DNA of 64,000 nucleotides from Octopus sinensis (Eukaryota): assembly GCF_006345805.1 (NCBI RefSeq), contig NC_043008.1:23064001-23128000 (forward strand), given 5' to 3'. Position 1 is the stretch's first letter. The number at the start of each line of letters is the position of its first letter. Positions 12,001 through 25,530 of the stretch are shown piece by piece. Made by a program: the position numbers and the translations under genes. Below the pieces are notes generated by a model. That model was not told where the DNA came from. It saw only the letters and a list, made by a program, of their open reading frames with translations, and did not search any database.

Positions 12001-13357
12001 TTCTCTATGTTGGTCGTCTTCTAGTCGTCCTCTTAGTCCTGATCCTAAAGTCACTAACTACCAGTCTATGTTGTGGGGTACATTCTTCGCCTGGGAAGGT
12101 TTTTGGCATTTATAAGCAGCCATCTTTCCCTTTTTCTGGCAAGGATGTAGTCGATTTGGCTAGTATGCCGGCCCGATCGGTAGGTGACTAGGTGGCTTGT
12201 CGGTTTCCTGAAGTTAGTGTTGCAAACCATAAGATTATTCGCATTGCAGAACTCCAGCAGCCTGGTTCCCTCCTCGTTGCGGGAACCATAACCGTAGCCT
12301 CCATGTACGCCATGGAAGCCCCCAGCATGTCGTCCAACATGCCCATTGAAGTCACCAGCCACAATGAGAAGGTCCCTGTCGTTCGTCAATGAGGTGGTCT
12401 GCAGTAGGGTGTCATAGAAACTGTCTTTCTGTCCATCGGATAGCCCTGGCTGAGGGGCATAGGCCGATATAATGGTTGCTAATCTATGATGAAGCACTAT
12501 TCTAATCTTAAGTATTCTGTCACTTACTCTGATTACCTCAAGTACCTTATCTACAAATTTTTCAACGAGAAGTATACCCACGCCTCCAACCCCGTCAGTG
12601 TTTCCTGCCCAGAAAATCTTGTACCTGTGTCCTTTGCCTGTGAGGAACCTAGCAGAACCGCCTCTCCACCTTACTTCTTGGATGCAACAGATATCAACTC
12701 GTCTCTGTTCAAGCATCTCAACAATCTCACCAGACCTACCTTTCAGTGTGCCTACGTTGAGAGTGCCAACCCAGAGGGTGTGGAAGGTATGGGCCCTAGA
12801 GGCCCAGGGACGGGGAGCAGTGGCGTCATGTACCTGAAAAGAAAGCTCGCATTTGGCAGAATTCATAAGCAAAGCAATGATCTTAAGTTCAACCTGCTAC
12901 ACTACACTATCATGTTTTGCGCCGTATGGTCACTACCTTATATAGTAGGGGTGGTATTGGCTTAAGGCCTTTAGGTGTTCATGGAAGAAAAGCAAAGGAA
13001 GACAAGATGAGATAAGGACTTCCGGTACAGGTGGAGGGCGGGCACCACCGCGCACTGAGAACGATGGGGTAGGAATTTAAGCGACAGAAAGACCAATAGA
13101 TGAGGCAGAAAGACAAGATTTGAGATGAAATGCTTTGTGGTCGTGTGAATAAGTTTCTATGAGTGAAAGGTATATGTTGTGGGGAAATGCTTGAGCTAGC
13201 ATTTGAGACGAAAGACAACGATAAAGAGGAAACAATAAGGTTTTATGGTGATAATATTCGCAAAAAAAACAATGAATGGAGGAGCAAGTCGAAAACTTAA
13301 AAATATCTTAGCTGCTATTTTTCATCCTGAGGTTCATGTTTCGTGTGTTACAGCCAG
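9075..13357 (-). mobile_element. Near full-length RTE-clade LINE inserted in a (TA)n run
   Basis: (CAT)n tail at 9075, tandem-repeat 3' UTR, RT, APE endonuclease and ~480-bp 5' leader. Flanks rejoin into the TA run seen in sister Helitron units. Confidence 0.95.
9782..12872 (-). pseudogene. RTE ORF (APE endonuclease + reverse transcriptase + PHD-like Cys/His finger), three frameshifts and one nonsense codon
   Basis: EN motifs GTLNVGTL, CCIQEVRW, AGDFNGHVG, SQIDYIL (12066..12872). RT motifs NYRGIKLL, FVDMEKAFDRV, GVHQGSVLSPLLF, LLYADD (10150..11538). Frameshifts ~12105, ~11500, ~10215; TAG at 12005-12007. Confidence 0.95.
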
Positions 13358-13374
13358 ATATATATATATATATA

Positions 13375-13416
<42 letters not shown>

Positions 13417-14201
13417 CATGTGTGTACGCATTATATATATAAATGTATACAAATTATATATATATATAAATACAGATATATACACTTTGTATATATACAT
13501 TATATATACATATTTATATATAGAACACACACACACACACATATAAATTAACCCAATAATTATCTGATTCATAATATTTGTTCTCATGATTGTGTGGTGG
13601 TTGTTGTGGCAATGATAATTCTCTCTATGAATGCAGACAGACGTAGAGAGAGTGACAGCGCTGGTGAAGGCGGCGGGGGAAGATAGTAGACTTTCCCTTG
13701 CTTTCTCTTACTCTCTATCTTTCTCTATCTATCTATCTCCCATTTATAAACAACAAAAGATCTTGAGTGAGTTGAGAAAGAAAATATTTTTACGCTTTTT
13801 AAACCCTTCGTCGTTATTCTCATTCACTCATTATTACTTTCTCCCTTCCTTTCACATTCTCTCTATAACGTTATAGAGAGAAAATGAAGGGAAGGGAAGT
13901 AGACACTGTGAAACGACATTATAGAGAGAAGGTGAAAGGCAGGGAGGAATGAGTGAGAGATGGAGAAAGACAGACACATAAAAGAATGAGAGAAGACTTG
14001 TCAAAGTGTGCGTTTTTGGCCCTAGCAACAACACTTTTTAAGATGGGGATTTCTAACCTAGCCCACTCGCATCCTCACCTCATTTTACATGTCCCTGTAA
14101 ATTTTGGAGTCAATCCGACGGGATCTAGTGGTCTTTAACCCGTTCTCAATGCCAAAACCAGACAAACAAACTTTTCGCATTTCAGAATTATAATATAGAG
14201 A

Positions 14202-15193
14202 CTAGCTTAAGGTGACCTGCTCTACGTGCGGGCAAGAGTGTGGTTGTTACTTTCTGTTGCTTCCATTCTGTTTTTTATCACCACATTCTACCTCTTTGTT
14301 TCTCTCTCCTTTCTTTCTCACTTTCTCACTCTTCCTTTCTCTCGGACTCTCCTTCGCTTTCTCTTACTCTCCATCTTCCTCTATCTATCTCTCTCCCATT
14401 TATAAACAACAAAAGATCTTGTGTAAGTTGAGAAAGAAAGTAGTTTGAAAGATCAATCATAAATATCAGGCAGTGACAATGGAAAGGTCTGCTTCAAAGC
14501 AGAGAGCAAAACACTAACATTTAAAAGGGACAGATGAACTTGCGAGCTGAAAAAAAAATATTGGAAACCAAATTTTGAAGGGATAGAATCTGTGGAAAGG
14601 AGAATCACCATGGCTGTTATTTCTTAACGATGGAGAGCAACATAGTGGCAGTTTAGCAGCTGGTGTAAAATTTTGAACTTGATGTAAAAGAAAATTCCTA
14701 AACACCAAGCTTTGAAGTGATTCTTTCTCACGACAGTAGACTCACTATGGCAAGCATTCAAAACTTCTTCATCATGGACGGCAACACATTGACGATTAAA
14801 AGGCTGGCGCCAATTTTTTAGTTTGATGTAACAGAGAATTCCTAAACACCCGCTCCTGTAAATTTTAATCCCTTTCCAGCCCCATTTAGACCCCTTTTCA
14901 CCCTTTGGTTAATATAACCCGATTTCATTCGGGTCTAATTGGACCACATTTTATAAGATGAGGAATTTTGTCCTATAGGTTACGCTTTTCATTTGAGGAA
15001 AAAAATAGTTGCCATGCAAACTCGCCAGCACTTTTAACATAGGTGTGCATATTTTCAGCTCAACCGACCACATAATGCACACATTATATATATATAAGTA
15101 CATATATACACATTATTTATATATATGTGTATTTGTGTGTGTGTGTGTGTGTGCGTGTTTGTATGCATCATATATATAAATGTAAACAAATTG

Positions 15194-15244
<51 letters not shown>

Positions 15245-15766
15245 AATACAGATATATACACTTTGTATATATACATTATATATACATATTTATATATAGA
15301 ACACACGCACACATATATAAATTAACCCAATAAACATTGGATTCATAATATTTGTTCTCATGATTGTGTCATGTTGTGGCAATGATAATTCTCTCTATGA
15401 AGGCAGACAGACATAGAGAGAGAGTGTGAAAGCGCTGTCGAAAGCGGGGAGGGGGGAGATATAGGACGCTGTGAAACAACGTTATAAAGAGAATGTGAAG
15501 GGAAGGGAGGAAAGAGAGTGAGTGATGGAGAAAGACAGACACATAAAAGAATGAGAGCAGACTTGTCAAAGTGTGCGTTTTTGGCCCTAGCAACGACGCC
15601 TTTTAAGATGGGGATTTCTAACCTAGCCCACTCGCATCCTCACCTCATTTTACATGTCCCTGTAAATTTCGGAGTCGATCCGACGAGATCTAGTGGCCTT
15701 TAACCCGTTCTAATGCCTAAAACCAGACAAACAAACTTTTCGCATTTCAGAATTATAATATAGAGA
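14202..15766 (-). mobile_element. Composite non-autonomous Helitron, array unit D
   Basis: CTAG at 14202-14205 joined directly to the TC start of unit C; hairpin follows; 5' A|TC at 15766. Confidence 0.8.
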
Positions 15767-15767
15767 T

Positions 15768-17033
15768 ATATATCAAATTGCGTAAAAAGTAAACAAATAT
15801 TTTGAACCATGAAGAATTTGTACTGGATTTTTGCAGTTTTGAATGATTTTAAACATTTTTTTTGCAATTGCCTGATAATACAGGCATAGACTTGCCCAAA
15901 TGCATCAATAAATTAGTATTGAAATTTTTTTTCCACCATTGTTACAATCTGACATGGAACTGTCATAGCACGATATTCGAACAATTTTCCTATTCAACTT
16001 CAAAAAATGATGTATAGCAGCTGAAACTGCTAGCGATATCAACAAAACATTTTGTAAGGAAATACCAGTGAGTGGTCAGCTCAAAAATGGTTTAAACAAT
16101 TTCACAGTGGAGACTTGAGCCTTGAAGATCATGAGCGTGGTGGATGCCCATCTGTCATTGATGATGGTCAATTAAACACCGTCATTAAGAAAGATCCATG
16201 TAAAACCACTCAAGAACTGGCAAAAGAACTTTAAGTTAGCCAGAAAACTGCCCGCAACCATTTGCATGCGATCAGAAAATCAACAAATGGGTACCACATG
16301 ATTTGAATGAATATCAGAAAATGCGCAAATATGAAATTTGCTCATTGCTTCTTCTCTGTAACCAGACCAATCCATTTCTCAATCATATTGTAACTTGCAA
16401 TGAAATGTGGATCCTGTACAATAATAAAAAACCTTCTTCACAGTGGTTGGATCAGAATGAAGCACCAAAAACCTTCCCTAAACCCGAACTCTTCAAAAAG
16501 GTTATGGTGGCTGTTTGGTGGTGTACTACTGGACTCATCCACTATAACTTCTTAAAATCTGGAAAAACCATTACTGCAGAAACATATTGCCATAAAATTG
16601 CCAAAATGAACGAAAAACTGCTACTTCTCCATCCCAGACTGGTCAACAGAAGAGGGCTAATCATTCTTCATGACAATGCTCAGCCACATGTTTCACTAAT
16701 GATGCTCCAGAAGCTGAGGGAACTTGGCTACGGAGTTCTTTCCTACCCAGCTTATTTTCCATACCTTTCTCCTACCGACTACCACTTTTTTGAGCACCTT
16801 GATGGTTTTCTGCAAGAGGAGTTCAAAAATTAAACCGATGCTGAAAGTGTGTTCAAAGAGTTCATCAGCTCCAGAACTCCAGATCTTTATGTTGCCAGAA
16901 TAAACAAACTTGTAACTCATTGACAAAAATGTGTTGATTGCAATAGTACTTACTTTGATGAATAAAATTTCTGCATTGTTGAAATATATTGTGATGAATT
17001 TCATGTTTCAAAACATTGCTTACTTTTTACTCA

Positions 17034-17040
<7 letters not shown>
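15768..17040 (+). mobile_element. Mariner-type DNA transposon (degenerate)
   Basis: ORF 16303..16833 with IVTCNEMWILYNN, LHDNAQPH, YFPYLSPTDYHFF; HTH remnants upstream; imperfect TIRs sharing gtaaaaagtaa. Confidence 0.9.
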
Positions 17041-17086
<46 letters not shown>

Positions 17087-17298
17087 AAAAAATATATATA
17101 AAAATACAAAATGGGACAAGAACGCAAAACATTCAAATAGACAACACAAAAGACGGACAGGTCATTCGAAGCCTCTAATCTTCAATCAAGAACCGGATCA
17201 TCCTCGCAATTTCGGCTGATTAATCTTATATGAACACACATATATTTGTATATTTGTTTTACAAGATTCCTGATGTGAAATCATGTGCTGAAACAGAT

Positions 17299-17630
17299 AT
17301 TGTTATATTTCAGGATGTTAATTTATTTTGCTAAATAAACACATGCACTATATACTTGTTCTTCATTTCAGTGTCCTTTGTCTGAAATCTTCTGTCACAT
17401 ATCCTTTGATCTCTTCAGTAACTTTCCATCCCTGGTATCTCCTCCTCCTGTACTGTTTAGTCCATTCTGTCTTTCTATAGAAGAGGTTGCAGGTTGTGTG
17501 ATGAGTGATTTCAGACAAAGGAGAATAATGAGAACAGTAATAAAGCTGAAGTGAAGAACTTGTATATAGTGTGTGTGTTTATTTGGCAAAAAAAAAAAAA
17601 AGTGACCATCCTGAAATACAACAATATATA
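17299..17630. repeat. ~80-bp inverted repeats (17299-17375, 17545-17630), probable PLE-derived fragment
   Basis: tattgttatatttcaggatg..ctaaataaacacatgcactatatac versus reverse complement of gtatatagtgtgtgtttatttggc..catcctgaaatacaacaata. Confidence 0.6.
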
Positions 17631-17660
17631 TTTATAAAATTTATATCTATATATTTCTAG

Positions 17661-17736
17661 GTTTATTGGTACTTCAGCTTCACGAGAAACTTTGCTTCCA
17701 CAAAGACAATTTTCAAAATCTTCACCAGGGATAAAG
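17661..17736 (+). CDS. Candidate host exon (76 nt)
   Basis: tttctag acceptor and AAG|gttaga donor. Frame FIGTSASRETLLPQRQFSKSSPGIK is open and ends in phase 0, compatible with the 47769 exon. Confidence 0.3.
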
Positions 17737-19659
17737 GTTAGATACTTTGTCTTTATAGATTTCTTCTGAACAAGCAGTGAACAAATTTTGATGAGGAAAG
17801 GGCATAGTTAACTGACTAAATCTCAAGGAGTTATTGATACTTATATCGTTGATTCCAGATATATTAAAAAAACAAAAGCAATAATGATATAAAAAAATTA
17901 GATACTATGAAAGTTTTACACTAGCCTGCTCATTTTGCTAAAAATTAAAATTATATTAAAATTATATTGATCAGTTAGTAATATGAACATAAAGTGACAA
18001 CTGGTTACAAGTTGAAAAAAATCAAGTTCAATTTCTCTGTAAAATTGATAATTAACTTGATAATTTCTTAAGAATATTTAACTAAAGAATATTTAGCTTT
18101 GTGGAAACTTAATAGTAATGTAGATGCTAGTATATTTGATGTAAGAATGTTAAAGTAATTAAAATTACAACCTTAACTAATTCTGGTAAGGACAGTAGGA
18201 AGTAGCCTTGAAATGTTAAATAATTTAAAATAATCAAATATAGACTGTGATGGGGAGTCAGCCTGCTCATTAGCAGCATGATATGTTTTAGTGTAATTAG
18301 TTCCCCTCAATAAACTGTCATTTTACCATTATTACAGATTTTTATAATGACATGACTTTTGCAAATACACACTGAGTGGCATTACAATGTAAAATAACGA
18401 GTTGAAGAAAATACCTACTACTTGTAGGTGCTTCTTTACTTAATATTGTAAGTCAATAAATGATAATTAAAATTACACCCTTGTTTATGTTAACGGTTTT
18501 AATGATTAATTCTGGTTAAAATAGGCCAGAGAGACTTCCCCAAAATTTATGTCAAATATACTTCTGTCTTTTTTTCATACAGCAGCCATCTCTGGGTATT
18601 TTACCTTAGTCATTCTTTTTACTATAAGGACAATCTGTTTTCATTCCCAAGTCATTCTCAGGTTTCTGCACTAATAATTAGACAATCCTTCACTAATCAG
18701 GTCTGTGGATTGAAACATGGTTGAAGTTGTTGCTAATTTACAAAAGATCAAACTCATCCCACACTGTATTCCATATCTAATTTTAATGAACAAAAATTCA
18801 GTCATCACCCCATAGCATTTTTTTTACTTGTATTAGTCATTTAAGATTATTGTTTTTATCCTTAAGAGTGTAATTTTAATTACTACCCCACTTCCAGCCA
18901 CTTACACCCACTTACACATAATGCTGGGTAATCATGTATCTCCTCTATTGCAAGATACCTGTATCTATCCCTCTATCATATATCAACCACTAAAACCTGG
19001 CATAAAGCCATCACCCCTCTCTCAAATACACTCCCACTCACATGTGATGGCTTTTCCCTTTTCCTTTCTTTATTTTGTCTTACAAGTTATTTGGCAACCT
19101 CACAAGTGTCAGTGTCACAAAAATAGCACTAAGTATACACTGTAAAATGTTTGGTGTTAGAAGGTTCTATGTCTGCTTTGGCATAGTTTCTACAACTGGA
19201 TTTCCTTCCTAATGTCAACCACATAATAGAGTGTACTGGGTGCTTTTTATGTGACACCAACACCAGTGAGGTCACCAAGCACCTGCAAGATAAAACACCT
19301 AAACTGAGCAGGGTATAGACTGGAGGAATAAGAAACTATGATAGAGGGAGAAGAGCAGGTGTCTTGCTGAAGAGGTGAATACATAGTTTGCTCATTTGGG
19401 AAGTGAGAGAGAGAAAGAGATAGAGAAAGATATGTGAGGTCCAGGAGTAACAAGAATATGACAGAATAGGATAGAAGAGTAGAAAAGGTGAATGTATAGG
19501 TAAACGCACTGAGTGAAAATAGTATGACAGATGATTAGAAATATGGAATGAGTTAGACACAGAGAATATCAGTTCAGTGTAGGAGGAAGTGAGAAAAATA
19601 GGGTGATGTAGATGATTGATGGAAGAGTGGGTGTGAGAAGACAAGTGAGTTGGGGGAGA

Positions 19660-22600
19660 CTTGACAGAACCTCGATTCTGCTGAGATGGATGGGTCTTCT
19701 CAAGTACAGTATAATGCCATCCCTATCATCTCTGACAGATTCAACATCTTGAGATCAGTCTTCACTACTTCATTCCATGTCTTCCTAGGTCTACCTCTTT
19801 CTTTCACATGTAGTGATCAGCATTTCTATATACAACTGTCCTTGTCTGACTGCATCACCTGATCACACCAGCACAGTCTTCTCTCCTGCATACCACCACT
19901 GATACGTCTTATGCCCAATTTTTCTCTAAGCACATTTGTATTTTGTTGTACTTGCACATTGACATTGCATATCCTTTGGAACATATTTGTTTAATAATTT
20001 CTTTCAAGCCTTTGCATATCCTCTGCATTCACAGCTCATGTTTCACAGCATTGCTGTTTTTACACTAGAATCATACAATTTGCCTTTCATACTGAGAGGG
20101 AGGTCTTTTGTTATAAACAGAATTAAAAGTTCTCTGAACTTTCTCCAGCTAATTTGTATTCTGGCAACTATACTTTCAGAGCATTCTCCTCCACTGCTAA
20201 TTAGGTCACTGGAATAACAGAAACTATCTGCTACAATTAGGAAGCCTCCTGGGCATTTCAGAACATTTATTTCTCATGTGCTTTTATTTATTGTTCCTAC
20301 ACATCTGCCACAAACAAATCCTATTTTCTCTGTTAACCTTCCTGTGATTCCACTGCGCCTGTTATGTGTCCATAGTTTGCACTGAGCACACTCTATGGAA
20401 TTTCTCCCTAATCTTTGTCTACATATGGAACTTTTACCTACCAGGGTTAGTGTTCTGTTTGTTTTCCTGGCCCTTTGATTCCAGGTTTTATTTCCATACT
20501 AGGAAATTTAATTCTAATTCTTCTACACTTTTAGTTATTAGAACAAGATCATCAGCATAGTGGAGTTTCCATGGGCGACCAATTTTAAATTCCTGTTATA
20601 GCCTGAAGGACTATGGTAAACAAGAGGGAATTGATAACCAAACCCTGATGAACTCATCCCCGCACTCTAAAGTTATCACTGTACTCATTAGTAACTCTCA
20701 CTTTGCTAACTGCATCCCTGTACATGGCTTGAATGGCCTTCACTAGCCATTCATCTACTTCTAGTTTTGTAGTAACCACCAGATGAGGAATTGGGGCACC
20801 TAGTCAAAGGCTTTCATCAGATCAATGAATACTAATTTCAGTAGTTTACTTTTTGCTAAATACTTCTCTATAAAGAAAGCAACAGCAGTGCTTCTCTCTG
20901 GCACAAAACCAAACTGCATCTCATCCTGGTTAACTCCCTTTCTTTTTAACTGAGGTATGCTTCACGGTAGTGAAACGTGGGCTGTGACTGCAGAGGACAT
21001 GCGTAGACTTGAAAGAAATGAAGCTAGCATGATCCACTGGATGTGTAATGTCAGTGTGCACGCATGACAGAGTGTAAGCACCCTGAGAGAAATGCTGGAC
21101 ATAAGAAGCATCAGATGTGGTGTGCAAGAGCGACGCTTGCGATGGTATGGTTATGTACTGCGGATGGATGAGGAGAGATGTGTGAAGAAGTGCCACTCCC
21201 AAACAGTTGAAGGTATCAAGGGGAGAGGTAGACCCAGGAAGACATGGGATGAGGTAGTCAAGCATGACCTCAGAGCGTTGGGCCTCACTGAGGCAATGGC
21301 GAAGGACCGAGATCTCTGGAGATATGCTGTGACTGCAAAGACCCGGGCTGCTTCCTGTACCAGTTCCGCATAGCCCCTGCCCATTCAAAGTACCCTGGAT
21401 CCCAGAACGTTCCGCTGTGCTTGAGGAGACCTGTTGAGTCAAGTACATGAACATTAACATCGAAATAAATATCAATGGAAATAGTAGTTGTGATACCTGT
21501 GCCGGTAGCACATAAAAAGCACCATCCGTACGTGGCCGTTGCCAGCTCCTCCTCGACTGGCTCCAGTGCTGGTGGCACATAAAAAAAAGCACTATCCGTT
21601 CGTGGCCGTTGCCAGCGCTGCCTTGGCTGGCTTCCGTGCCGGTGGCACATTAAAAGCTCCAACTGATCGTGGCCGTTGCCAGCGCTGCCTTGGCTGGCTT
21701 CCATGCCGGTGGCACGTTAAAAGCTCCAACTGATCGTGGCCGATGCCAGAGCCCCCTGGCACCTGTGCAGGTGGCACGTAAAAAGCACCCACTACACTCG
21801 CGGAGTGGTTGGCGTTAGGAAGGGCATCCAGCTGTAGAAACTCTGCCAGATCAGACTGGAGCCTGGTGCAGCCCCTGGCTTCCCAGACCCCGGTCGAACC
21901 GTCCAACCCATGCTAGCACAGAAAACGGACGTTAAACGATGATGATGATGATGATGACTCTTTTAGTAACTTTCATAACCTGGTCAGTAATTTGATACCT
22001 TTGTAATTACTTCTTTCTAAGGCATCTCCTTTACCCTTCTAATAGTTGACTATGATGCTGCTACACAGTCATTTCAGTTGTAATTCCTGATGAACTAGGT
22101 TTTCATTTCCTTGATCACTATTTATAACTACAGTCAACATGAAGGGCTGGACTCCCTGTTGGGTTCCCATTAGGAAGACTCTCTTTCTCATGCATTCTGC
22201 ACATTTAATAAACTTTCATAATAGCACTTCCATGCCTCCTTCTTTTCAGAAGCATACCCTCATTCTTCTGCACACATTTCTATCCCTTATGTTGATTCTT
22301 TCTGGTATACTGCCTTGCAATCTGGAACACCTCATGTTGTAGAACATTGGTAAACTGCTTCTTTTCTGCCTCTTCCCTTGCTAAATAGACCTGTCCCCTA
22401 GCTTCTAATCTAGCTATCAAGTAAAGATCTCTGCTGTCCCTGTTCTTCCAAACCTTCCAAACCTGCCCTTCATCTATCTACTTTCTTGTTTCACCACGAT
22501 GTCACTCTTGGTCTGGCTGAAATTTTACACCAACCACAAATATGGTCTGTAGCCCTCAGATTTTCTCATAAGAATTTCCAGTTGTCTCTTAAACACAAGT

Positions 22601-23300
22601 GGTGACATGGAGAGGAGCCTCTAGTAGACTCTTCATGGGTAGGAAACAGAGGTACAAACTCTTCTGGGTAGGTAGCAGTGAAGGTGTCTCTGATGTTACA
22701 CATCTCTATCTCCTTTTTTTTTTGTTTGGTTGTCTCTAAATCTCTGACTATTTGAAGGATTGTTTTTCTACCTCTAAGTCTGAAGTCTCTTATGACTAAC
22801 AGATGTTGGGAAGCACATTCCTCACTAGGAAAAGATTTTGCATTCACAAGCCTATCCTGTTTTCTGATGAGAATGTAGTCAATCTATCTTTTGTCTCCAG
22901 TGGATTCATTGGTGATCAAGTGGATGGTAGGTTTTCTGAAGTTAGTGTTGCAGATCAACAAGTCATTAGCATCAGAGAACTCTAAGCAGCCTTATTTCTT
23001 CCTCATTTCTAGAACCAAAGTCATAGAACCTCTATGTACACCATGAACTCCATTGGAGTACTGCTTAACATGTTTGTTGAAATCACCAGCCACAATAATA
23101 AAGTCTTTGTCATCTCTTGAGGTAATCTTCGGAAGGGACTCATAGGTGTGATCCTTCAGTTCATCTGTCAGCCCATCTTGTGGAGAATATGCTGAAATAA
23201 ATGTTACTGTTATATAATCTAATACTGATCTTACCTTAACAATCCTGTCACACACTCTGACTATTTCAATCACACTATCTACTCATTTCTTTGCTAAGAA
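19660..23300 (-). mobile_element. Old degenerate RTE LINE (RT to EN), interrupted by a younger RTE
   Basis: RT remnants 19700-20930 resume at ~21960; EN remnants AKSFPSEECASQHLLVIRDF and IIVAGDFN (22566..23273). Confidence 0.85.
20935..21957 (+). mobile_element. Younger 5'-truncated RTE LINE, opposite orientation
   Basis: MLHGSETW..QERRLRWYG..GRPRKTWDEVV fragment, tandem-repeat 3' UTR, (GAT)n tail ~21938-21957. Confidence 0.92.
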
Positions 23301-25339
23301 AGGGTATGCCTACAAACCCAACACCTTCACTGTTACCTACTCGGAAGAGTTTGTACCTCTGTTTCCTGCCCATGAAGAGTCTAGTAGAGGCTCCTCTCCA
23401 TCTCACCTTGTGTGTGCTGTGTACTCAATGCATTCTAACATTTCAACAATCTCACTTGACTGGCTTTACATTGTGCCAACATACAATATGGCATCCCTGA
23501 GGAAGCAGATTTTGGAAAAGTGAGTAGGTATTTAGGATACTGATTTAAGTTTTTGAAAAGGGGATGTTGTAAGCGCTAGTGACCAGGTAATGATTCTTTC
23601 AACATATGAAAACAGCTATTTATTTCTCAATGATTTGCACATTTCCTTCAATCTTACCTAGAGCATCAACAGTCAGTATGTATATGACATGTTTGCAGGC
23701 ATGTATATACACACATTCCACTGTACACCTATGATGAACAAATAATCTATATATACAGACATATACCACCAAAGCCATCTATATATAAACATATAGACAT
23801 ACACAAGCACACAATACATACATGCATTTTCTACATAGGTGTACACTCACATCTCATACTTATGTACAACGTATCTAAACATGTGAACAAATACATCATA
23901 TATAAATAGAGGCACAGTGATTATTGAGGAGGTGACAAGAGGTGCGTGGAAGGGAAACAGGGATATAACTTTTCTTATAACTGTCCTAATAGTTATAAGA
24001 GTGTGTTGATAAGAATTTTTATGGTCAGTGGTGGGCAAGACATGCTATCTCGGCTACCTCTTATCCTACTACCCATGAGCATTAATGTCCCAAATATTGT
24101 ACTTATATGCACTTCTGCACACTATGCCAAACCGAAGTATCCACACACATGCATGTTTATCAGTTGGAATAAAGAGGGCCATCTATGTCATCCTGATTGA
24201 AGGATAACTGATCACTTGTGCAGTAATTTTGTTTGACATTCAGAAGAATTGTGCACCATTAACTTCACTCGCCTGTCTGTGACCATTTTCAGTTCAGTGT
24301 CAACACCAGATCAAAACGTTGGAGATGGATGCAGTAGATGACCAAGATGTCTTGCTTGCCTCATCTTGCTCTCTACAATGCATTGCTACAACTGTTCTCT
24401 CTGTTGATCCATAAAGGATTTTTTCTGTAGAGTCTGCTGGATCCAGTGTTCACATGTATAGATAGGCAAGACCTAACTCACTGAAAGTTACGTATCTGTT
24501 GGATACCCTCACCTGGCTTAACCTGCTTGCTGAAGTGGTTCATCAAGATGTGGCTACCATTGCATGGAAACAGCTACTTGAAGCCACAGGTGAGAATTGG
24601 GTGCCTGGTGGAGACCAAAGCAGATGAATGAAAGAGTGTAACATGTTCCTCCATCAAAGGTGCTGTCCCTCTCTGACATCCCATACAATCCCCACGCGTA
24701 TATGCACACATGCACACACACACATGCGCGCGCACACACACACACACGCATACATGCATGTACAAAATCATATCACATATACCCACACACCTACACATAC
24801 ATACACAGATAAACACATGCATACATGTGCGTTCATACATTGCTGAGATATGTAGGCATGTTTATTGATACATACTTACATGAACAAGTACTGCACATTA
24901 TCATGTCAAACTGCTTCCATTTTCTACTGTTACACTGCCTGCTAAACTTACTCAGTTGGCAATCATAGTGAATGCATAATACATTCCACAAGAAAGCGTA
25001 TAATTACATACAATCTATGTAATCATTCTGGGTATTGTGCGTACTTGTTTGGAAGGTGATTAAGCTGGTCATGCATACCATTGTTCTTAGTACTGCTGTA
25101 ATCAGGTACTGCATGAAAATGTTACATGCACAGGTGGATGGGATGAGAAAAGGGTATTATGAAATTATACTAGATGTATTAGAATCCTGAGAGTCTTGTC
25201 AACCATATGGCCTGTAGTATAGTAGCACACTTCTTTGTAGTGAAGTATTTCCCAGTTAGAGAATACCAGAATATTATACTCTTTTGGTGTGTGCAATAAA
25301 TTCTTATTTTGCTATGCTCATTGGTTTTCAAATTTTTGG

Positions 25340-25530
25340 CACAAGGCCTGAAATTTTGTGGTAAGTGGGTAAGTCAGTTTACATTGACTCCAGTGCTCAG
25401 CTGGTACTTTATTGATCCCAAAAGAATGAAAGGCAAAGCCGACCTTGGCAGAATTTGAACTCAGAATGTAAAGGTAGATGAAATGCTGCTAAGCATTTTG
25501 CCTGGCATGCTAACAATTCTACCTGCTTGC
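25340..25530 (+). mobile_element. SINE-like interspersed repeat
   Basis: Core ctggtacttt..gatccc..gaatgaaaggcaaagccgaccttggcagaatttgaactcagaa; a related degenerate copy lies at ~37130-37290. Confidence 0.6.

Larger units (their letters stand above)
8171..14201 (-). mobile_element. Composite non-autonomous Helitron, array unit C, split by the RTE at 9075-13357
   Basis: A-type 3' end/hairpin at 8171-8202 and B-type 5' half at 13360-14201; collinear with unit D once the RTE is removed. Confidence 0.75.

Noticed and set aside
10370-12965. + strand ORFs overlapping the RTE
   Set aside because: Antisense shadows of the RT/EN frame with no independent motifs.
12873-13357. Possible HDV-like ribozyme in the RTE 5' leader (known in some RTEs)
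   Set aside because: I could not identify the nested double pseudoknot by eye; an RNAMotif descriptor search would be needed.
17265-17310. Hammerhead-like CTGATGT...GAAAC
   Set aside because: A9 is mutated and no convincing stem I or II; at best a decayed remnant.
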